64,000 nucleotides of DNA from Bacilli bacterium (GTDB lineage Bacteria > Bacillota_I > Bacilli_A > RF39 > UBA660): contig JAFUBO010000005.1 in the NCBI GenBank assembly GCA_017460175.1, forward strand, positions 21,082 through 85,081. Reading direction: 5' to 3'. The notes under the pieces were generated by a model, which was not told where the DNA came from, did not search any database, and was given only the letters and a program-made list of their open reading frames with translations. Made by a program: the position numbers and the translations under genes. Shown piece by piece: positions 58,217 through 64,000 of the stretch (the stretch's first letter is position 1; the number at the start of each line of letters is the position of its first letter).

Positions 58217-60104
58217 TTCTTTATATTATATTTTTCTTGGCTTAGTAGTTATTACTACTATATTTAGATTGTGTATTATTAATAATAATTATAAAATTCC
58301 ATATACTGGTATAGTGACAAAAATAGTTAAAAATTATGATAAAACTACTATTTGTATAGATAATAAAGTAGTAAGTAATATTTATAAAAATATAGATGTT
58401 TCATTAGGTGATAAAATAAAAATATATGGTGAATTTAATGATAAATATGTAACTATTAATAAATATAAAATATTAAGTAAAAATAAAAGTATATATTATT
58501 ATAATAAAAGTATTATTACTAAGTCATTTAATAATAATGCTTATTTATATACATTTATATTAGGAGATAAATCTTATGTTGATAAGAAAGTAATTAGATC
58601 TTATCAAGAAAATGGTATAAGTCATTTATTTGCGATTAGTGGAATGCATATTAGTTTATTAGTTTTAATTATTAATAAATTATTAAAAAAAATTAATGAA
58701 TATAAAAGATTTAAAATTACTAGTATTATTTTATTTATATATTTATTATTAGTAGGATTTTCTCCTTCTATATTAAGAGGTGTATTATTTTATTTTTTAT
58801 TTGGTATTAATGATATATATTATTTTTATATAAAGAAAATAAATTTGTTTATATTAATCATTTCAATAGCTTTATTAATAAATCCTAGATATGTATATGA
58901 TGTAGGATTTTTATATTCTTATAGTATTAGTTTATCTTTACTTGTTTTTTCTAATTACTTAAAAGGTAATTATTTTATTAGTTTATTAAAAGTATCAATT
59001 ATTTCTAATATAGTTAGTATTCCGATTACTCTTTATAATTTTTATCAAATTAATTTATTAAGTATTGTTTATAATTTATTTTTTGTTCCATTAGTAAGTT
59101 TTATTATATTTCCTTTTACTTTAGTATTATTAATTATTAAACCATTAGAACCTATTTATAATTTATTAATTAAAGTATTAGAAAATAGTTCATTATTTCT
59201 TAGTAATATAGATATATTTAAATTTAGTTTTAGAAAACTGAGTATTTTTGTTTATATTTTTTACTTTATTTTAGTTATGTTTTTTTTATTTAAAAATAAA
59301 AAAATATATTTATATATATTTTTATGTTTACTAATAATCCATTTCTTTTTACCTAGTAATAATTATGTAGAATTTATTGATGTAGGACAGGGTGATTCTA
59401 GTTTAATACATTTAGATAATAAAAATATAATGATTGATACTGGTGGTAATAGAAATAGAGAAATATATTTTTATAATATTCAGCCTGTCTTAAGAAAAAA
59501 TGGGATTAATCATATTAATTATTTAATACTTACTCATGGTGATTATGATCATATGGGAGAAACAATTAATTTAGTAGAAAATTTTAAAGTAGAAAAAATA
59601 ATTTTTAATTGTGGTGAATTTAATAATTTAGAAAAAGAATTAATTAAAGTATTAGATAAGAAAAAGATTAAATATTATTCGTGTATTAAAGAATTAAATG
59701 TAGATAAAAATAAATTATATTTTTTACAAACAAAAGATTATGATAATGAGAATGATAATAGTAATGTTATATATACAGAACTTAATGGTTATAAATTTAT
59801 GTTCATGGGAGATGCATCTATAACTACTGAAAAAGAAATTATGAATAAATATAATTTACCAGATATAGATGTACTTAAAGTAGGACATCATGGAAGTAAA
59901 ACAAGTAGTAGTAAAGAGTTTATAAACGAGATTAATCCAAGATATTCTGTTATTAGTGTAGGTAAGAAAAATCGTTATGGACATCCAAACGAAGAAGTGA
60001 TAAACAATTTAGAAGATTCAAAAATATATAGGACAGATATAGATGGTAGTATTATGTTTAAGATTAAAAATAATAAGTTAAAAATAGAGACTTGTAGTCC
60101 ATAG
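58179..60104 (+). CDS. comEC: DNA internalization competence protein ComEC/Rec2 (competence domain plus C-terminal MBL-fold domain)
   Basis: Polytopic core with GISHLFAISGMHISL. The C-terminal metallo-beta-lactamase motifs are ILTHGDYDHMGE and VLKVGHHGS. Overlaps the comEA end. Confidence 0.8.
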   Translation: MLLLKLRKILLCDSLYYIFLGLVVITTIFRLCIINNNYKIPYTGIVTKIVKNYDKTTICIDNKVVSNIYKNIDVSLGDKIKIYGEFNDKYVTINKYKILSKNKSIYYYNKSIITKSFNNNAYLYTFILGDKSYVDKKVIRSYQENGISHLFAISGMHISLLVLIINKLLKKINEYKRFKITSIILFIYLLLVGFSPSILRGVLFYFLFGINDIYYFYIKKINLFILIISIALLINPRYVYDVGFLYSYSISLSLLVFSNYLKGNYFISLLKVSIISNIVSIPITLYNFYQINLLSIVYNLFFVPLVSFIIFPFTLVLLIIKPLEPIYNLLIKVLENSSLFLSNIDIFKFSFRKLSIFVYIFYFILVMFFLFKNKKIYLYIFLCLLIIHFFLPSNNYVEFIDVGQGDSSLIHLDNKNIMIDTGGNRNREIYFYNIQPVLRKNGINHINYLILTHGDYDHMGETINLVENFKVEKIIFNCGEFNNLEKELIKVLDKKKIKYYSCIKELNVDKNKLYFLQTKDYDNENDNSNVIYTELNGYKFMFMGDASITTEKEIMNKYNLPDIDVLKVGHHGSKTSSSKEFINEINPRYSVISVGKKNRYGHPNEEVINNLEDSKIYRTDIDGSIMFKIKNNKLKIETCSP

Positions 60105-60105
60105 G

Positions 60106-60128
60106 AAAAATTGCACCCAGTGGGTGCA
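60106..60128 (+). terminator. palindromic hairpin after comEC (ttgcacccagtgggtgcaa)
   Basis: 8-bp perfect stem. GC-rich, unusual in this AT-rich DNA. No T-run follows, so it may be a processing or stability element rather than a terminator. Confidence 0.4.
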
Positions 60129-60133
60129 AAATT

Positions 60134-61039
60134 ATGAGAGGAGTAGATATGAATTATTATAATGAAATAAAAAATGAATTAATAAACAATGAAATTAATA
60201 GAAAAGTTAAGAATTATTCAATTAACAAAAGTGATTTAAATTCTTACTATAATGTTGGAAAAATATTAAATGAAGCAGGTAAGCATTATGGCGAAGGAAT
60301 AATAAAAGAGTATTCACAAAAACTAAAATATGATTTAAATAAAAATTATAGTGTTAGATTATTATATAGGATGTTGAAATACTATAATTTTGTATCAGAA
60401 GAAAAATTGCCGACAGTGTCGGCAAAATTATCATGGAGTCACTACGACGAAATTTTAAGATTTGATGATATTAATAAAATTGCATTTTATATTAAAATCA
60501 GTGAGCAGCAAAATTTATCAGTTAGGCAGCTAAGAGAAAGAATAAAGTCTAATGTATATGAAAGATTACCAGAATCTACTAAGGATAAATTGATAAAGCA
60601 AGATGAATCTAATGTGGTTGACTTTGTAAAAAATCCAATTGTGATTAAAAATGGTAATAAATATGATATATTTTCAGAGAAGGTATTACAAAAACTAATC
60701 TTAGAAGATATTGAAAATTTTTTAGATGAGTTAGGAAATGGATTCACATTTATTAAAAGTGAATATCCAATTAAATTAGGTAATCGATATAATTATATAG
60801 ATTTACTTCTTTATAATATTAAATACAAATGCTATGTAGTAGTTGAATTAAAAGTAACAGAATTAAAGAAAGAACATACAGGTCAAATCATGACTTATAT
60901 GAATTATATTGATAAGAATATAAAAACTATTGAAGAAAATGATACAGTGGGTATTATTATTTGTAAACAAGATAATGAGTATGTAATTAAATATTGTTCT
61001 GATGAAAGGATAATTGCTAGAAAATATGAATTAGTATAA
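60134..61039 (+). CDS. DUF1016/YhcG-like PDDEXK-family nuclease domain protein
   Basis: N-terminal LSWSHY..IL motif and C-terminal D...VVELK (PD-(D/E)xK-like) motif. Pattern matches the YhcG family. Confidence 0.6.
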   Translation: MRGVDMNYYNEIKNELINNEINRKVKNYSINKSDLNSYYNVGKILNEAGKHYGEGIIKEYSQKLKYDLNKNYSVRLLYRMLKYYNFVSEEKLPTVSAKLSWSHYDEILRFDDINKIAFYIKISEQQNLSVRQLRERIKSNVYERLPESTKDKLIKQDESNVVDFVKNPIVIKNGNKYDIFSEKVLQKLILEDIENFLDELGNGFTFIKSEYPIKLGNRYNYIDLLLYNIKYKCYVVVELKVTELKKEHTGQIMTYMNYIDKNIKTIEENDTVGIIICKQDNEYVIKYCSDERIIARKYELV

Positions 61040-61079
61040 AAGTGTGATACAATTATATTAGTCAATTGGAGGTTATTTT

Positions 61080-61661
61080 ATGGAATATAAAAAAATGAGA
61101 GAGTATACACATGAAGAATTTGTTAATCTTATATTAAATTTAAATGAAGAACAATTATTAGAACTTAGTGCAAGATATGGTGGATACCCAGTATTATTTA
61201 GAATGGCTTTAGATGATAGAATTAGCCATATACCTTTTATACAAACTGGTGCTGCTATTATTATTAGAAATGAAAATGGGCAAATATTATTACAAGAAAG
61301 AACTGACAGAAATAAATGGGGACTTCCTGGTGGATGTCAAGATTTAGGTGAAGATTTAAGAGTGACTGCTGTCAGGGAAGCTTACGAGGAAACAGGAATT
61401 AAACTTGATCCTAATGAAATTGAACTTATAGATACATTATCTGGTGAATCTAGAAAAAATAGTTATCCAAATGGAGATATCGTTTATAATAATACATCAT
61501 TATATTTGGCAGATGTTTCAATAAGTGATGAATCTACTTTAAAAGGAGATTCAGAAACAAAACGTTTAAGATTTTTCAATCCTGATGAAGTACCAGAAAA
61601 TCTTATGGATGCAGATTTAATAAAAGCATATTTAAATTATACAAAGAAGAGACATTTATAA
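61080..61661 (+). CDS. NUDIX hydrolase
   Basis: Nudix box GLPGGCQDLGEDLRVTAVREAYEETGI (GX5EX7REUXEEXGU). Confidence 0.8.
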   Translation: MEYKKMREYTHEEFVNLILNLNEEQLLELSARYGGYPVLFRMALDDRISHIPFIQTGAAIIIRNENGQILLQERTDRNKWGLPGGCQDLGEDLRVTAVREAYEETGIKLDPNEIELIDTLSGESRKNSYPNGDIVYNNTSLYLADVSISDESTLKGDSETKRLRFFNPDEVPENLMDADLIKAYLNYTKKRHL

Positions 61662-61670
61662 TGTCTACTT

Positions 61671-61701
61671 AAGAACTATCAATATTGATAGTTCTTTTTT
61701 T
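61671..61701 (+). terminator. rho-independent terminator after NUDIX gene
   Basis: aagaactatcaatattgatagttctt hairpin followed by T7. Confidence 0.65.
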
Positions 61702-61735
61702 GTGTTTTAAATTCGACTTACTTTTTGACAATCAC

Positions 61736-61792
61736 CACATGGTGATTATGATCATATGGGAGAAGCAATTAATTTAGTAGAAAATTTTAAAG
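61736..61792 (+). pseudogene. 57-nt comEC internal fragment (56/57 identical to 59535..59591, MBL HGDYDHMGE motif region)
   Basis: Direct comparison: catggtgattatgatcatatgggagaaGcaattaatttagtagaaaattttaaagta against the comEC copy, which has A at the capitalised position. Flanks diverge. It is out of frame with the downstream ORF. Confidence 0.7.
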
Positions 61793-61856
61793 TAAAGTGT
61801 ATTTTTAGTGACAAATTAATGGCTTTGTGTTATAATATGTGCCGAGGTGGACTTAT

Positions 61857-62231
61857 ATGGATATATATACTAGACGTAATATTTCACATGATAATATGAT
61901 GCAATTAATTACTGTTTATTTTAGAGAACAAGAACGTGATGTTAAAGCAAGAATTAATTGTAATGAAAATGGATCTCAAATTAAATTAAGAGAAACAGTT
62001 TCATTTGATGGAATTACTAAAACTGCAGAAAGAGAAATGAAAAATGAGCAATTAGAAGAAATAGTTTGTGATATTTTTTCAAGAGCAGGTCAACAAGTAA
62101 TGAGTATAATTAATTATGCAAAAGCAGGCGCAAAAGTAATAGATTGTGGTTTTGAACATGTGGTTAAACCTAATGAAGAAAAACAATTTATAGTTATAAC
62201 TAAAGAAAAAAGTAAAGTAGGTTATAGATAA
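61857..62231 (+). CDS. hypothetical protein
   Basis: 125 aa from the ATG at 61857 with RBS gaggtgg. No motif recognised. Followed by a terminator. Confidence 0.4.
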   Translation: MDIYTRRNISHDNMMQLITVYFREQERDVKARINCNENGSQIKLRETVSFDGITKTAEREMKNEQLEEIVCDIFSRAGQQVMSIINYAKAGAKVIDCGFEHVVKPNEEKQFIVITKEKSKVGYR

Positions 62232-62262
62232 TTTAAAAACAACTTTTTTTGTTGTTTTTTTA
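62231..62262 (+). terminator. rho-independent terminator
   Basis: aaaaacaac-tttttttt-gttgttttt. Confidence 0.55.
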
Positions 62263-62438
62263 ATTTATTATTATGCTATAATTATAATGTTATGTTGTGA
62301 GAGATAATTTAATTAAACTATAATACTTTTTTGAACTTGAAATAGATAAAAGAAGATATTTGTGTTGTGCAAACTATGTAAAAGTATTTACTAATATATA
62401 TTTTTTGGTTATAATTTTCTATAAGGAAGTGATGAATT

Positions 62439-63362
62439 ATGAAAAAAATTACTGATATATATAAAGTTGATGAAAATTCGTTAATTCATGCTTTTCAAGA
62501 TGCTTGTAGTGATAAAGAATTTAAAGATTATGTATATAATTTAAATATAAAAGAAGATATATTAATGAAATATACTTCGTCATTAGAAGAAGCTTATAAT
62601 GAATGTAAAAATTGTAAAAAATGTAAAAATATTGATAATTGTTTAAATAAAATAAGAGGGTATGCATATACCCCAATATTTGAAAATAATATTATAACTT
62701 TTTCTTATGATGCGTGTGATAAATTAAAGAAAGAATTAAAGCAAAATTCTTATAAAGATAATGTTGATTTGTATGAAATGCCTAAAGAAATGGCTAGTGC
62801 ATCATTTAAAGAAGTTTATAAAGATGATAAAAGTAGAATTCCAATTATTAAATATTTTAAAGAGTTTATGGATCATTATAATGATTTAGAAAAACCAAAA
62901 GGGGTTTATTTAACTGGATCATTTGGTAGTGGTAAAACTTATTTAATATCATGTCTTTTTAACGAGATGGCAAAAAAAGGAATCAAAAGTGCTGCTGTAT
63001 ATTATCCAGAATTTTTAGTAAATTTAAAAGGTTCTTTTTCAAGAGCAAAGGATTCTGAAGATAGAAGTTTTGAAGAAAAAAGGGAATATATAAAAAGAAT
63101 TCCTCTATTATTATTAGATGATATAGGAGCAGAAAATACAAGTAATTGGTCTAGAGATGAAGTTTTAGGACCAATACTTCAATATAGAATGGAAAACCAT
63201 TTACCAACATTTTTTACTTCTAATTTAACATTAGATGAATTGGAAAAATCCCTTTCAATAACAAGTAGTGGTGTTGATAAAGTAAAAGCAAGAAGAATAA
63301 TAGAGAGGATAAAACAGTTAACTGTAACATTAGACCTAATTAGTAAAAACAGGAGAAGTTAA
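62439..63362 (+). CDS. dnaI: primosomal helicase loader DnaI (AAA+ DnaC-like with N-terminal zinc-binding domain)
   Basis: N-terminal Cys cluster CKNCKKCKNIDNC. Walker A GSFGSGKTYL, Walker B LLLDDIG, and sensor FTSN. Confidence 0.75.
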   Translation: MKKITDIYKVDENSLIHAFQDACSDKEFKDYVYNLNIKEDILMKYTSSLEEAYNECKNCKKCKNIDNCLNKIRGYAYTPIFENNIITFSYDACDKLKKELKQNSYKDNVDLYEMPKEMASASFKEVYKDDKSRIPIIKYFKEFMDHYNDLEKPKGVYLTGSFGSGKTYLISCLFNEMAKKGIKSAAVYYPEFLVNLKGSFSRAKDSEDRSFEEKREYIKRIPLLLLDDIGAENTSNWSRDEVLGPILQYRMENHLPTFFTSNLTLDELEKSLSITSSGVDKVKARRIIERIKQLTVTLDLISKNRRS

Positions 63363-63365
63363 TAA

Positions 63366-64000
63366 ATGAAGAGTATCGAGAAGTCATTAACAAATTTTTT
63401 AAAAGGTACAGGATTTAGAGTATCTGAGGATGAATTGTGCGCTTATGCTTCAAAAAGCGAGAAACAAGCAAATGAACTTATCGATATTCTTTTTAATGTT
63501 GTAAATGATTTTTTAGATAATTATAATGGGGTTGATTCTCTTGATAAGGAAAGAGATTTGTTAGTTTGTATTAGTAATGTCATGTTAAATTCCAGTGATG
63601 TAAATAGGGGAATAGTAGCTAGAAGAAGTCATAAATTAGATTACAAACTTTCTCATTTGTTGGAAGAAAACAAGAATAAAATAATTGATAAAGATAATGC
63701 GTATACTGAAATAGAAAAAACAAGATTAGCTGTTACTGCGTTAGAAGATCAAACTGTTGCGACAGAAACAAAACAATATGATTTTGTTAATTATTTAGTA
63801 GATGCAATTAAAAATATTGCTTACTTAGAATACTCTTTTAATAAAATGCCATCTTTAGTAAATGCAAAAGATAAAGAAGAAATTTGTTTATTTCAAAATA
63901 TTGTTATGAAATATATGGATAGTGTAAGAATAGGTAATGAAGAAGATATATTGTATTATAGTAATTTATTGTCTCTTATTATGTCTCAAAAGAATTTTGA
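63366..64000 (+). CDS. hypothetical protein (3' end beyond window)
   Basis: ATG at 63366, 3 nt after the dnaI stop. Frame is open to the window edge. No motif recognised. Confidence 0.35.
   Translation, partial: MKSIEKSLTNFLKGTGFRVSEDELCAYASKSEKQANELIDILFNVVNDFLDNYNGVDSLDKERDLLVCISNVMLNSSDVNRGIVARRSHKLDYKLSHLLEENKNKIIDKDNAYTEIEKTRLAVTALEDQTVATETKQYDFVNYLVDAIKNIAYLEYSFNKMPSLVNAKDKEEICLFQNIVMKYMDSVRIGNEEDILYYSNLLSLIMSQKNF

Overview
About 64 kb of chromosome from a very AT-rich (roughly 25-30% GC by eye), standard-code, low-GC Gram-positive bacterium that forms endospores. Evidence for sporulation: sigG-ylmC-yunB, a SpoVID-like SPOCS+LysM protein, a SpoVE/FtsW-family protein, a YjcZ-like tiny TM protein and a polysaccharide deacetylase downstream of pnp. 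Nearly all genes are on the + strand, consistent with leading-strand housekeeping DNA.

Content is dominated by translation and RNA-processing genes: infC-rpmI-rplT, rpsB-tsf, frr, pheST and glyQS (each with a T-box leader), rimM-trmD, rimP-nusA-ylxR-infB-rbfA, rpsO-pnp, smc, def, comEA-comEC, dnaI, and a 12-gene tRNA cluster (Val, Thr, Tyr, Gln, Lys, Leu, Ser, fMet, Asp, Phe, Arg, Pro). I saw no rRNA, CRISPR array, transposase or integrase.

The most unusual content is a compact +strand locus (17.8-22.7 kb) encoding an S26/SipW-type signal peptidase fused to a large polytopic membrane domain. Its neighbours include two secreted TasA/camelysin-like proteins with a shared SipW-cognate-type N-terminal motif, one of them carrying a 10-cysteine insert, plus a small membrane protein, a C26 amidotransferase-like hydrolase and a methyltransferase-fold protein. 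Two further paralogs of the secreted protein lie elsewhere in the window.

Other oddities: a T-box-controlled small unknown ORF translationally overlapping glyS; a tsf-frr interval lacking pyrH and filled with two unknown membrane proteins; Lys/Thr-rich histone-H1-like tails on L20, S2 and a tail-anchored protein; and a 57-nt internal comEC segment duplicated 2.2 kb downstream, flanking a DUF1016-nuclease and NUDIX gene pair.

All family assignments rest on motif recognition by eye, not database search.
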